Part shown: one piece after another, positions 19,081 to 30,789 of the stretch
Layout: every line of letters begins with the position of its first letter
How positions within the stretch are numbered: the first letter of the stretch is position 1
Position numbers and translations under genes: made by a program
Source of the DNA: an uncultured Nitrososphaeraceae archaeon
Lineage (GTDB): Archaea; Thermoproteota; Nitrososphaeria; Nitrososphaerales; Nitrososphaeraceae
Assembly: GCA_963837175.1 (NCBI GenBank)
Contig: CAWIMJ010000015.1
Coordinates: 1 to 35,935, forward strand
Direction of reading: 5' to 3'
Length of the DNA: 35,935 bases
Notes under the pieces: model-generated
What the model saw: only the letters and a program-made list of their open reading frames with translations
Databases searched by the model: none
What the model was told of the DNA's origin: nothing

Positions 19081-19950
19081 AGCATACAAACTCTTTTCAG
19101 AAAGTAAGACTCCATTAGAAGTAGAAATTGCATTAAACCTGAAAGAGTCAGAGGCAACTGAATTCTACAAAGAGTATTGGAAGTTAAAGCAACTACACAA
19201 TCTGAATATGGTTTATGAAGAGATTAAAGATGACATTGCATCATTTCTAAAGTTATACAAATTAGCAAAGGCCAAACGTATGGGAATTCAGCAAGTTGTT
19301 GACACTCTTGCAATTGCAAATAACGATTTACCAGCCATTGAAGAGAGAGTCAAAACGCTAAGAAATGATACAAGTACGCTGCAATTTCAAAAAGGTATAG
19401 ATGAAAGAAATTTATACCAATTGAATAATCAAATAGCAGCAACAACTAAACTCTTGAATTCTTTTCGTATATCTTGTGAAAGAGAAAGAAGAGAAATGGA
19501 ACATCTACAGAATGAAAAGGCAAGACTCGAGGCTACTGTAACTCAATTTAAGAATAATAATGAAGAATACCTTGATAAAATAAAACAGGTAGCTTATGAA
19601 GAAGTGAGAAGTGTATTAAATGACAGTAAATTACTATTGAAAGTTGCTACTCTCTCAATAATTGAAGCATTAAGAAGGAACTCTGAATTATGTGAATTTG
19701 TAATGAATGATGATTCAGATCAATACTACTATCTGTATATGGACGTAACTATCCTTCGTTAATGTTATCAGGACGACAGCAACAACAATCATTTAATGAT
19801 ACTTATACTGCTTTGATATTAGAAGAGTCTGAAAAACTTTACAATGAGTTAACAACAGAGTTGACAAATAGGGCTGTATCAGCAGCTGCAGCGATGAGGG
19901 CATCATCGTTACCATCACCAGCTAATAACACAACCAGAAACTACCTATAA
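19081..19950 (+). pseudogene. HTH-coiled-coil family gene, 3' part
   Basis: Starts AYKLFSE..TPLEV; first 139 bp are 128/139 identical to 14459..14597. Long coiled coil; frameshift near 19730. Confidence 0.8.
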
Positions 19951-20061
19951 GATTGATAAGAAGGATGAAATAGAAGAACCGAGATATAATAATTGATCAG
20001 AAATTTATAACGATGACCAGCAGCTACCAAATGAATAATGATAAATAGATATTATCAACAA

Positions 20062-20392
20062 TGCTATCAATAGAAGATTATAATTCATTTGTTATACTAA
20101 CCAAATAGAATATAAAGCTGGATTGATTAAAGAAGAAAGTACATCAGAATTACTAAGATTTACAATACGTCATATACTAAAGCAAGTTCATAATCAACCT
20201 GAATATCTTATACTCAAACAAGAACAACAAGAAACAACTTCAATACAATCCAGCAACAACTTGTTAATCGGGTTACTTTACAGCCTACTCATACTGCTGC
20301 TTATTAATGAGCATCAAGTTCCTAACATATCTAGCAGAAACAATTTAGTTGGTCAGAAAATGAAACAATGGAAATTATCATCATTACTATAA
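20062..20392 (+). pseudogene. RHH-like gene (copy 3), 5'-truncated and frameshifted
   Basis: LSIEDYNSFVILT / AGLIKEESTSELLRFTIRHILKQ / NNLVGQKMKQWKLSS. Confidence 0.8.
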
Positions 20393-20597
20393 CGCAAACA
20401 AATCAGATAAATTGTCATGATAATAGTGTGCGAATGATCTACAAAACCTAAAGCGAGCACAAGATTTCTTTCGCAATACGCGTCGTTCAGTATTGTAATA
20501 TTTACACGTTTGATTTAATATTGGACCAATTTAGTATATTGAAAACCTTATTAGTATCTAATTTGCATTAATAAGGAAGAATTATAGAAATGGCAAG

Positions 20598-21038
20598 ATG
20601 GTTATAGTGTCAAAAGATCTGACTAAAATAATTACTTTTCCTAAAGAAGAGGAACCATCTCTCAAAAGGATTCTAATTGTAGATGATGATCCTGATATTA
20701 CTATAACCTTCAAAATAGCTTTAGAAAAGGAAAATGATAATAAGAAAGAATTTGAAATTCATACATTTAATGATCCTCTATTAGTATTATCACAATTCAA
20801 GCCAAGTTTCTATGATCTATTGTTAGTTGATATTAATATGCCAGGTATGAATGGCTTTGAATTATGTACAGAGATATTAAAAGTAGATCTTAATGTCAAG
20901 ATTTGCTTTATGTCTGCTGGAGAAGTAAATCACGAAGCTGTAAGAGAAATATATCCAACCATAAGTATAGGGTGTTTTATAAAAAAGCCTGTTGCAATAG
21001 ATTATTTGGTAAAGAGAATAAAGGCAGAGTTAGAGTAG
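20598..21038 (+). CDS. Single-domain response regulator (receiver)
   Basis: RILIVDDD, LLVDINMPGMNG (phospho-Asp), FMSA, IKKP. Confidence 0.92.
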   Translation: MVIVSKDLTKIITFPKEEEPSLKRILIVDDDPDITITFKIALEKENDNKKEFEIHTFNDPLLVLSQFKPSFYDLLLVDINMPGMNGFELCTEILKVDLNVKICFMSAGEVNHEAVREIYPTISIGCFIKKPVAIDYLVKRIKAELE

Positions 21039-21679
21039 TAGTAGTGAACATTCCCTGATCGAACTCATGAATTAACTCTGTCACGAACGATACAGATTAA
21101 TTTTCTTCTTAAACCTACATTATCGTTGCCTTCATCATCATTTCCACATACACACAATCAAGTAATACTTATAGAATAGAAGAGCCCGAAGGCTATTATA
21201 ATAATAGTAAAGGCAATATTGCTAATTGATTTAATAACAGCAATCATAATTCATTTACAATATTGGCTATTCAATGTAGTAGACCTGTATTAAAGTAAAG
21301 TTATTCCATTGCTTTAGCACGTAAGAAAAATATGATTTTGTGGCAGTAAGAACTGCCGATGTTTTTATTCGACGCCGAATTCTATTTCACCTGCATTTTC
21401 ACAGCCTGCAAAGCCACTACATCTGTTACTCTGATCTTGTTCAAAACTGAAGCTTGTATCGTCTCCGCCGCCATCTCCTCTGCAGTCGTGTACACTAGCT
21501 TTGTTATACTTCTTGCTGTATTTCTCTTCGGATCACTTGCTGGTTCCTCTAACTCAGCAGCCTTTGCTAGTTCTGACACTTCAGAGAAATGTAACAGGTT
21601 TCTCTACCATTCAAAATTATGTTACTATCAGAGTCAGAACTGAACAAGATCCAATGTCTTATAGTTAAGAGTGATTCAC

Positions 21680-22468
21680 TTAAGGGACTACCTTAATATT
21701 CCACTTAGCAACGTCATGTTCTACAGGTTGGTTAGGCTTGAAGGGGTTTTCGTATTACTTGCAATTCTATAGTATGATCTCCAACTGGCAATGGTTTGAA
21801 GAACAGATAATAATGTTCAGCCATTGATGTATTGTTTCCACCAACGATAGGTGCTTTCCACTCGAAAGGATTATCTGGAGGCACAATAAAATTGAATGGT
21901 TTAGAAGTAGTTTGACGGACAATATTAGATGAAACATCCTGGCCGTCAACCTTGACTTGCATCAATTTAATCTCTTTGTTTGAATCTTTTGCGCAAATTA
22001 AAAGATCAGCAGGGGACTTGTATCCGGATATTCGCCTTCATGAGGTTTTGATCCTGTAGAACATTCACCGGTATATACAGTCAAGTAGAGTAGTTGACTA
22101 GATGATATTTCACATTTTTGGTTTCTTGCATTCACGTTTTTTGCTACCGCAAAGGAGGGATTTCCCAAAAAGACTACCGATTGGTTATTACCTATGATAC
22201 CACCATCTCCCTTCAGACATTCAGGCCAATTTTTATCAGTAGTACTAGGGTTAGCAATCTCCCAATTCCACCACTTTGCTATTAGAGGTTCAAGCGAATT
22301 AACTCCAGCTGGTGGAGAATTAGGAGAATAAAAATCAATACCAGCTGGACTAGCATACAAGTTCTTTAAAGGACTACTAGTAATAATAAGGATGGCTGTC
22401 ATTAATAGAGTTAAGAATATTATGTTCCGAATGTCTAATCTTATGCTATGAAGAGATAATGAATGCAT
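21680..22468 (-). pseudogene. Secreted Cys-containing protein, split by two frameshifts
   Basis: Signal peptide (..LYAS), KWWNW...C...VVFLG...CEI...ECS. Continues in 21732..21965 (VKVDG...FFKPLPVGDHTI) and ends WNIKVVP in a third frame. Confidence 0.65.
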
Positions 22469-24090
22469 CAACTTAATACTATTGATGTTTCGAAACTGGA
22501 TTGATATAATCTTTTGTAACTCTAGGACGAAATAATATGACATAATGACTTTTATTTGTTGATTTATTGAGATAATTTGCCACCATTGAAGGTTGTTGTA
22601 GATAATTTCATTCTTAGCAGATTGATTATAGCCACAATCATATAAGAACCGATTGAACAGAATTTGATGTGTTCAAGTTATTGAAAATATTAAGTCATAG
22701 GTTAGCGTTTTAACAAAGATAGTTTGAATATTTACCAAATTCAGCATTATCTCTCGCCTCGTTTAATGTGTGATCCCTTTTGTATCTCATTCAATACCTC
22801 CTCTATCATTAGTTTTTACATCTTCTTCGTCAGGATCTGTATCCATATGGCTTCTCATCTCATCCGACAATTTGATTTTGTTGGCAAGTGGTAGGACCCT
22901 CTTTTCTATTTCTCGTTGCATTTCTGCCATTCCTATCTTCTTCAAGACATCAGCATCAACTTCTAAGCCTTTATAGATCTCTCGTCGTAATTCACTATCT
23001 CTAGAAACATATGTTGCACATCCGAACATTCCAACAAGAAGCATATATGATGATAGTCCTAAGAACAAAAGCGTGACAAGTCCAAACGGGGGATATGCTC
23101 CATAGAATGGCATTCCTGGTTGCATTGAACTAAATAATGAGACAATACCTATGGAAGAAATTATCAAATAGTTTTTCAAACCTTTTCGTTTCATTTTTCT
23201 TCCAATAATCAAGAAGGCAATAGCGAAAAATAATCCAGATACTTGATAGCTAATTCCAAAGATGACCTGGAATTGCTGGGAGTATATAATTTCAACTAAG
23301 GTAGGATCAGTTACTAAGTTTGAATCTCTTACAATAAATGAGAAAACTTGGTAGAGTAATGGAATACCAACTATTAGCCAGAATCTCTTCTTTCCAATTC
23401 TGTTTGCATAGGGTTTAAGTAATAAAGCCGTGAGGATCCATGAAGATATTATCATCAGAGGCAAAACATAGTTTCCCAGTCCATAGATGAATGCAATATC
23501 ACTAGAGGGAACAATTACGCCCGTAATTAGAGATGTATAATCTCTGGGATATATCAACTGAGACTGATTCGTAAACTGTTGTGTAAGCAACGGAACAGTG
23601 ATTAAAATTAGAAATAGAATCACACTGAAAACAACTGCATAAATTAGGATTGAAAAAGATGTAGCAAATCTAAACCATTGTATGAATATTAAAGATAGGA
23701 TTCCAAGTATAATAGCAGACCAAATATGACTGAGATATACTACTAATAATGAGAATATCTTATTATATTCATGGAAAATAAGCATTTCTGAGATCATGAT
23801 AAACAATATGAGCGATATAGTGTATTGGACTAGGGATGTACCAATATAAGTAACTTTAAACAATAATGGTCGACTAGTTGTCGAATGAATATCATTTCTT
23901 TTGGCGGATAGGCAGCAATATGGTATTAATTATTGAAGAAACGATAACAAATGATGCAAACAATAACAAATGCAAATTGCCAGGAGTTCCTAAATCAGTT
24001 CCATAGAAAATGTTAATGAACTGAGAGTCCACTATGGTAAGAACAACTATAAGTGAAATCAGTATAAGTGCCTGCTTGCTACTACTTAAT

Positions 24091-25140
24091 AGACATATTG
24101 CGTAATTATGAAAGAAAATCTCTTTACGATGGTCAATCTTAATCTATCTGTTTTTAGAGTAACATCCCACCATTAGTTCGCATTATTCTGAAATTCACCA
24201 GTCCTGAAACTATGTCTGAAGCATGATCATATCTTCCAAGCTTGTTTCTAAATTTAATACCATTATTCCAAACTTTTTAATTCTGCATATAGTGTGCTCT
24301 ACTATTACCCTTAGTTTGGAATGCTTTCTATTATGTTTCTTTTCTCCACCTGACAGTTCACTTTTCCTTTTCTTTCTAAATGGTAGTACATACTTTACAG
24401 TGGGAAAATCATTTTTAACTCCCATGTAACCAAGGTCAAGGATATTCTCAACTTGCATTGGAGTTGTAGGATGTTTATTTTTGAAAATCTCATAATCATG
24501 TATTCTTCCCCGAGCATGACCTGTTTTGTGCAGTATGGTACCTTCATTGTTTACCATATATTGTGTCTTGATAGTATGTTTCTTCCTTTTACCCGAGTAA
24601 TAGCTCTTCCTTCTCCTTTTGTTCTTTGGCCTTGGGATCTCTTGTTCAGTAGAGTCTATGAAAGCCTTGAAACCAGGAAAGTACTCCTCAACTTCGTCAA
24701 CGGTTCTAAGCCTTCTGGCACGCTTGTACAATTTCTTTGGCAATGGAACACATCGTTTGATGAGTGGTTCGAGTATAGATATGTCTCTGCATACATTGCT
24801 TTGATTGAGATTAAATAGAAATCCTGATAACGTAAAGGTAATGTACAATCTGTAATAGACCAGAAGCATCAGGAACCTTTCTCTGACTTTCAGCTTGAAT
24901 GGTCTACCAGCACCAACATCTCTTTGTCTCTTCCTATTGGAAAGACGCTTTCTTTCATGCTCACCGTATTTTGATTCTATTTCTTTGGAAATGACATCAA
25001 ATTCTGCTACAGCCAGTCCAGTAAACGATTTGAATAACAACGGTCTTCTTGATAGGCTAGCATAAGACATCAATGGAGTATCGAATATGAACGGATCAAT
25101 GAAGAATAAATCTCTAAGCTTTCAATTACGCAAGAAATAT
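24091..25140 (-). mobile_element. IS5-family insertion sequence
   Basis: TIRs AGACATATTGCGTAATT / ATATTTCTTGCGTAATT (13/17); AAT target duplication at 24088-24090 and 25141-25143. Confidence 0.85.
24210..25073 (-). pseudogene. IS5-family transposase (HTH_Tnp_4 / DDE_Tnp_4-like), C-terminal frameshift
   Basis: FKSFTGL, GAGRP, IDSTEQEIPRP, YYSGKRKKHT, DLGYMG, RVIVEH. The true C-terminus KFRNKLGRYD...GLVNFR continues in another frame. Confidence 0.88.
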
Positions 25141-25794
25141 AATGTACTAACAATAGAGAGCATAATCTTGGTCACACTCCATATGTCCTGTCATTAAGCA
25201 AGGAAGTAAAAACTGACCTCTTCATATTAAATATCTCTGCTAATGCCAGGATCGCTCTTATTAACTAAATGTTTCAGCCAATCTCAAGCGAAAAGATGTA
25301 TTCGCTCTACCAGATAGCAATACTGGTACAATTATACTTAGGTTTAGAAGAGGACGTCGTGGCGGTGATGGTCCCAACAGATGGGTGATAATAAGTAATA
25401 TACATTCATCAAAGAGAATTGGATAATTGCTATAAGTCCTCATAATTTTATTTCTATGTCAGAACTTTATACATTGCAAAATTTGATGAATTATAATATA
25501 GGGTAATACTTTAACAAACAATTTGGATTTTGACTTGTTAGCCATTGGAATAATGTCTTATAACAATATCACTTTCTAAATATACCAATTAATATAATTA
25601 CGCTGACATTACTTTAACATCATGATCATACGTTTTAGACAATAATAGATTTAGCTAAGTTAGTAAGCATACAACCCTAGATATGAGAAATTACCTAGTT
25701 GGAGATGAGTAAGCATATTTATCTTAATTGGTATACTTAGACAATAATGATGTTAAACATCAAATCTACTGAGTTAGATTACTAACTCTTATCA

Positions 25795-26167
25795 TCATCC
25801 TTTCATAAATCCAAGAGTAAATCCAGCTGACATACTACCAGTAATGGGAATACCAAAGCTAGTCATTGCTAATGAGGCTGTTGGAGCAGCATGGACATCT
25901 GCTGACATTATTACCACTAATACCTGGAATCTGTGTTATTACATTTGAAAGTGTTGTAATAGTACTTTCAGATACTTGCTGAAGTTTATTCCAGTTTATG
26001 TTAGCTATCTGATGATATTGTAGGTACACTAATCCAGCTAGAAATAATCCAACTATTACTGCTACTAATTTAATTACTTTCTTTAAAGCATATCCAATTA
26101 GAACACCTACAAAGAAGCCACCCCCTAGAGTAGCTGCAGTTGATCCGAAACTATCAAGAATGGTCAT
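25795..26167 (-). pseudogene. FUN14-domain membrane protein (frameshifted)
   Basis: LGGGFFVGVLIGYALKKVIKL...LVYLQYHQIANINW; the C-terminus GSMSAGFTLGFMKG is in another frame. Confidence 0.8.
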
Positions 26168-26519
26168 AATCCTAGATGCTCCTGCTCCTTGGTTCTGCAG
26201 TTGTTATGAAATGACTACTTTGACACCACTGTAATAGTATAGTCCTGTGTATGGTAACGTTGACAGATATGAGTATCCAGTCTAAATAATGAAAACTTGT
26301 GATGGCATACTTCAATCCGTCTGGATTTTCTATACCTTTTTGCTTACCTAAAGCCTTGACAATTTGTCTTTGTTGTAGCATGTATTCTATTTTCTCTACA
26401 AGAGCTATAGCTTTTGTAGTAGACTTTTCTATTCAATATTATTATTATGTAGATTCATAGTCAACATGCTTTGCAGGCATATATTTGCCATCTTTGTCTC
26501 TATCATGATTCTATCTACT

Positions 26520-26665
26520 TGTATAAAGGAGCATGTTTCTTTTCTTGCAATGTGCCATAGTCTCTTTACGCTATTGCTCATCCTATCTTTCTCCAATTCA
26601 CTTTTGAGTGAAGTGATTCCCAGATTTCTGGATTTACAGCGTCTACATAGATGTTAAACCCATTG
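26520..26665 (-). pseudogene. Possible terminase-like nuclease-domain shard
   Basis: NIYVDAVNPEIWESL resembles the IYVDxAxP motif of terminase C-terminal domains; short and disrupted. Confidence 0.3.
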
Positions 26666-26843
26666 CTGAGCAGGTAGCTATATTCAGTTAAGCCAATAAA
26701 ATTATAATAATATATGAAGTGCACACCTTAAATAATTATAATCTCGTAACTCAGCCTTATGGAAAATACAAAATATCTTATACATCAGTCATGTGCATGG
26801 CTCATAGAATCCTGTTTGTTATTGGGAGAGGAGGACTACTGAT

Positions 26844-27689
26844 ATGTCACACGTAGATGGAGTTGACGATGGCGTAGGTTATGGTGTGTCTGGCACCAGC
26901 AGTAAAGCCGCTGGCAATGGTGTGTATGGCGAAAGTGATAGCTTTGGTGATGGTGTGTATGGCAAGAGCAGTGAAGGCGCTGGTGTGAATGGCATTAGCC
27001 AGAAGGGCGGTGGTGTGCTTGGCGGCAGCCGCGACGGCTTTGGTGTGGTTGGCATGAGCGGCAACAGCGCTGGTCTCTATTGCAATAGCAGTTTTGACTA
27101 TGCTGCGATCCTAAACGGGAAAGTGAAAATAACCGGTAATCTTGAAAAAGCTGGAGGATCATTTAAGATAGACCATCCACTTGACCCAGCTAACAAATAC
27201 CTCTGCCACTCATTTGTAGAGTCACCAGATATGAAGAACGTCTATGATGGTGTAGTAGTATTAGACAGCAAGGGTAAAGCAGAGATAGAGCTTCCAGATT
27301 GGTTTGGTATACTCAATAAGGATTTTCGCTATCAGCTTACTGCTATAGGAGCTCCTGGGCCTAATCTGTATATTGCAGAGGAAATATCAGATAGCTACTA
27401 ATACTAATACAAAGTACAGTAGTAGTAAAAGGCAGACAACAAAAACAGTCGTTTCAAGATTGCAGGCGGTACTTCAGGAATGAAAGTCTCATGGCAGGTA
27501 ACAGGTATACGAAAGGATCCTTGGGCTAATGCTAACCGGATTGAAGTTGAGGAAGAAAAGCCTGATAAGGAACGAGGCTATTATCTACATCCAGATCTTT
27601 ACGATCAACCAGAAGAGAAAGGAATAAGCCACTTGCTCTTTCCAAAAGACAAAAGAGAAGAAGTGTTGGCAAGAGCTGTTCAGAAATGA
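26844..27689 (+). pseudogene. Gly-rich GVYG-repeat protein with phage tail-fibre-like C-terminal domain, split
   Basis: GVxG repeats, then GGSFKIDHPLDPANKYL.HS.VESP, IELPDWF, YQLTAIG and KVSWQVTGIRKD; stop/frameshift around 27400-27440; GGAGG RBS. Confidence 0.7.
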
Positions 27690-28018
27690 GAATAAGCGTA
27701 ATAGCTTTATCTTATCTTTGAGTTAAGTTGTTGAGTTGAAATATAGTATATAAAGAAAATAAATACTATATAAAGAAACCTCTACCTAGACGATAGGGAA
27801 TTGATAAATGATTATGTAATCTCAGTATTACTAATCATCAATATAATGAATTCTTCCATCATTCTTCTGATGTAATCTTTTATATTTTCTCTACCTAATT
27901 CTTGTTCTTCTATACTGCCTAACATAATTTCGCATATCTTTTAAAACCAAGTAAAAGGATTTTTTAAGCATAGTAAACCTAACATATTAAGAAAAATCTG
28001 TAAACGAACTTTTGTTAG

Positions 28019-28335
28019 TTAGTATAGTTGTTGTTTGGTTTTCTTAAGCTCTTTTTCTTCACTATTACTATTATTATCAAGTAATTCCTTCTTTGAAAGT
28101 TGTTTTGTTAACCAGTCAATTATTTTATGTTGTGAAAGCAATAATGCCATAATCAATGGTTCAGTTGGAAATGGTTCACCTTTTGCATTAATTGCAGTAG
28201 TAGTAGCATATTCGTAACAATCATTTAGCATATGCATAAATAATTCTCTGTTATCAGCATGCAAACTATCTGCAAAACTTCTCCAAGATTTAATTTCTTC
28301 TTTAGAAAGGATATCTTCATTTGAAAATAGACCAT
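28019..28335 (-). pseudogene. Small helical 'INAKGE' family protein (1-nt indel after ATG)
   Basis: LFSNEDILSKEEIKSWRSFADSLHADNRELF...AINAKGEPFPTEPLIMALLLSQHK. Confidence 0.65.
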
Positions 28336-28776
28336 GTAATCAATCACCTATAACCTCTTTTCTATTACTTTTAAGAATTAGAATACTTACGAGACAGGAA
28401 GAGTGATATCCTAAAAGGCTAACACTATCATTGATGCGAAATCTTACAATGATAGAAAGTATATTCTGGGCATGATTATCATGTCAAATTTGATTCATAA
28501 ATCATTGGTCCATACCAATCTTTTTCCTTAGAATAATCAAATTTAGAGGTAAGAAAAGAAAATAAGATGGTGAAACAATAGTCATATTTTGCTTGTACTA
28601 TTTCATCCTCAGATGATGCTAATCATGGTAATTTGCGATATTAAAGATAACTCAAAGTGTAAAGCGACCAAATCAAGTTAATAACATAATGTAGTAATCT
28701 CATGTATATTACATTATTGTAATGTATAGATAGAGAAATGCGTTCTTTTTTTATTCATGCGCATTTTACGCTTAGC

Positions 28777-29939
28777 TATACTGACTAACAAAAGTTAGTT
28801 ATATTGTTTATCTTTTTATGTACTAAATATTTAGATTGGTAATATTTATTATTTTTAGTAGTAGTAATTGATTTCACGTAAACAACTAAATTCTGCTTAC
28901 AGAAAAGAAACAGATGCTGTTGTAAAAGAAAGAATATTACTTGTAAAATATGTTAGATATGATAAGAAGGAAGCATCAAGTGTAGCAGAAATTGAACTAA
29001 ATAAAACTAGGACATGGGCTTACAAATGGTTGCATAGATTTGATAGATAGAGATGGACTAGAAGAAGGATTGAAAGACAAGGAAAGAAGTGGCAGCAGCA
29101 GACCTCCATCAGTATCAAAAGAAATAATGGTAAAAATAAGAAAAGAATTAGAAGATAGTAACACTGGTTGGGATTTCAGGCAGGTAATGGATCTGATATA
29201 CAAAAAAGAGGAGCAAGAGTAAGAAAGATATCATAAATACACATATACCGTTTATTACACAAGTGGGGTTTCAAACCAAACCAAAAGTACCACAAAAAAG
29301 GTTTGTAAATACAGCATCAACAAAGGATAAAACGAAATTTAAAAAAGAGTAAAACGGATCCTAAAGAATCTGGATTATGATGATTGTACTGTTCTTATAC
29401 AAGATGAATCCATATTCGTATATATGATTATCTGATAAGGAAAAAGAAAGAAAGAAATGGATTTCTAAAGACAAAAGACCAGTAGTTAGTTACAGGTTCA
29501 CGCAACAAGACAGTTATCTTTTTTTGGTTGTCTATCAATAGAAGGCAAAAACAACTATTTAGACAGTACAAAAAAGTTTGACAGTAGCATATTTGTGGAT
29601 TATCTAAAACATGTAAAGAATAGATTTGGTAAATTTGTAATGTTTGTTGATGATAGGGCAACACCACATTGTTCCAAAGTTACAAAAGCATATCTTGATG
29701 CAAATAAGGATACTATTAGACTAGAATATTTTCCTATTGGATCTCCAGAATTTAATGCATCAGAAGAATGTTGGAGACAAGGTAATAAGTATCATATACT
29801 TTCTAGTTATTATTATTATCCAACATTTGCTAATTTGAAAGATACTATTTGTAGTTATTACAGAACTAAAGATTCAATTTAGATATAATCAAATATTTGT
29901 TTAGATAGATAGCATAACGAACTTATGTTAATGAGTATA
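28777..29939 (+). mobile_element. IS630-family element with heavily frameshifted transposase
   Basis: TIRs TATACTGACTAACAAAAGTT / TATACTCATTAACATAAGTT (17/20, TA target included); fragments WAYKWL.RF, IQDES, DRATPH, SPEFNASEECW. Confidence 0.85.
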
Positions 29940-29940
29940 G

Positions 29941-30402
29941 TTGCAATTAACTGAGGAAAGAAAAAAACGGGTAATTGATCTATATTTTAACGAACATAAA
30001 ACCTACGCCGAAATTACACAAATAATGAAAATGTCACCCCGTGACATACACACTATTATAAAGGAAGAGAAGGCTAGACGACAAATATATAAACATGAGA
30101 AACATCAACAGCAAGGAGAGCTATCTTCCAAAGCCTACAAACTCTTTTCTGAAGGTAAGCGTCCTGTAGAAGTCACTATCGCACTAAACTTGAGAGAGCT
30201 AGAAGCAACCAAATTGTATAGAGAATATTGGAAACTAAAACGATTGCATATACTCAATTCCATATACAAAGAGACATATAGTAAATTAGGGCCATTTTTG
30301 AAATTATATAGAAAACTAATAAAGCAAAAAGGTATTAGTATTGAACAAGTAAAGGGCGTTGCTTCCATCCTTAGCTTTCATATAAAACCTTCTATTTTTT
30401 AA
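29941..30402 (+). pseudogene. HTH-coiled-coil family gene, 3'-truncated
   Basis: RVIDLYFNEHKTYAEI...MSPRDI, LSSKAYKLFSEGKRPVEV.IALNL, YREYWKLK. Confidence 0.75.
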
Positions 30403-30516
30403 TCTTGTCAGTACGTTGAGTTGCAAAATTGAGTCAATTCTATCCTGCATCCCACCGAACCCGTTGTGATATCACTTCTTTATTAGGATTCCATGCGAAT
30501 AAAAAGGAGAGAAAAA

Positions 30517-30705
30517 TAAGTATCTTAGAAGTAAGAGGACGGGAATCGTCAACAGACTCATATTCAATGTTCAGATTTGCGATGAGGTCTCCTAAGACTA
30601 GAGAGAAATGCACTGAAAGATTAAGGATGTTTTTTTGATTTTATTGATATCCTTACCAGCTCTATGTCGGAGCATTCCAAAGCCTTCTGTGATAGAGCAA
30701 AATAA
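30517..30705 (+). pseudogene. N-terminal shard of a tyrosine recombinase
   Basis: YSMFRFAMRSPKTREKC..RLRMFF/DFI resembles N-termini of the family represented at 15760, as recalled. Confidence 0.5.
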
Positions 30706-30789
30706 GGCTAGGGTATTATCAGCCTCTCTCCATCATCTCTTCAATAAATACTACTTTTATTATACATAGTAATAATTTACAAGCAGTAA

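Larger units (their letters stand above)
22747..25163 (-). pseudogene. Polytopic (about 11 TM) membrane protein with C-terminal cytoplasmic helical tail, interrupted by IS5
   Basis: Main ORF 22787..23863. Frameshifted N-terminal TMs extend to 24090; the first codons (MLSIVST) lie beyond the IS at 25141-25163. C-terminal frameshift near 22812. Confidence 0.75.

Noticed and set aside
21359-21643. Overlapping ORFs 21359+ and 21382-
   Set aside because: GC-richer fragment, but no recognisable motif or convincing start; cannot be assigned.
25182-25268. Plus-strand frame ending SANA-RIALIN* as a second peptide precursor
   Set aside because: No start codon or hydrophobic h-region upstream; probably coincidental.
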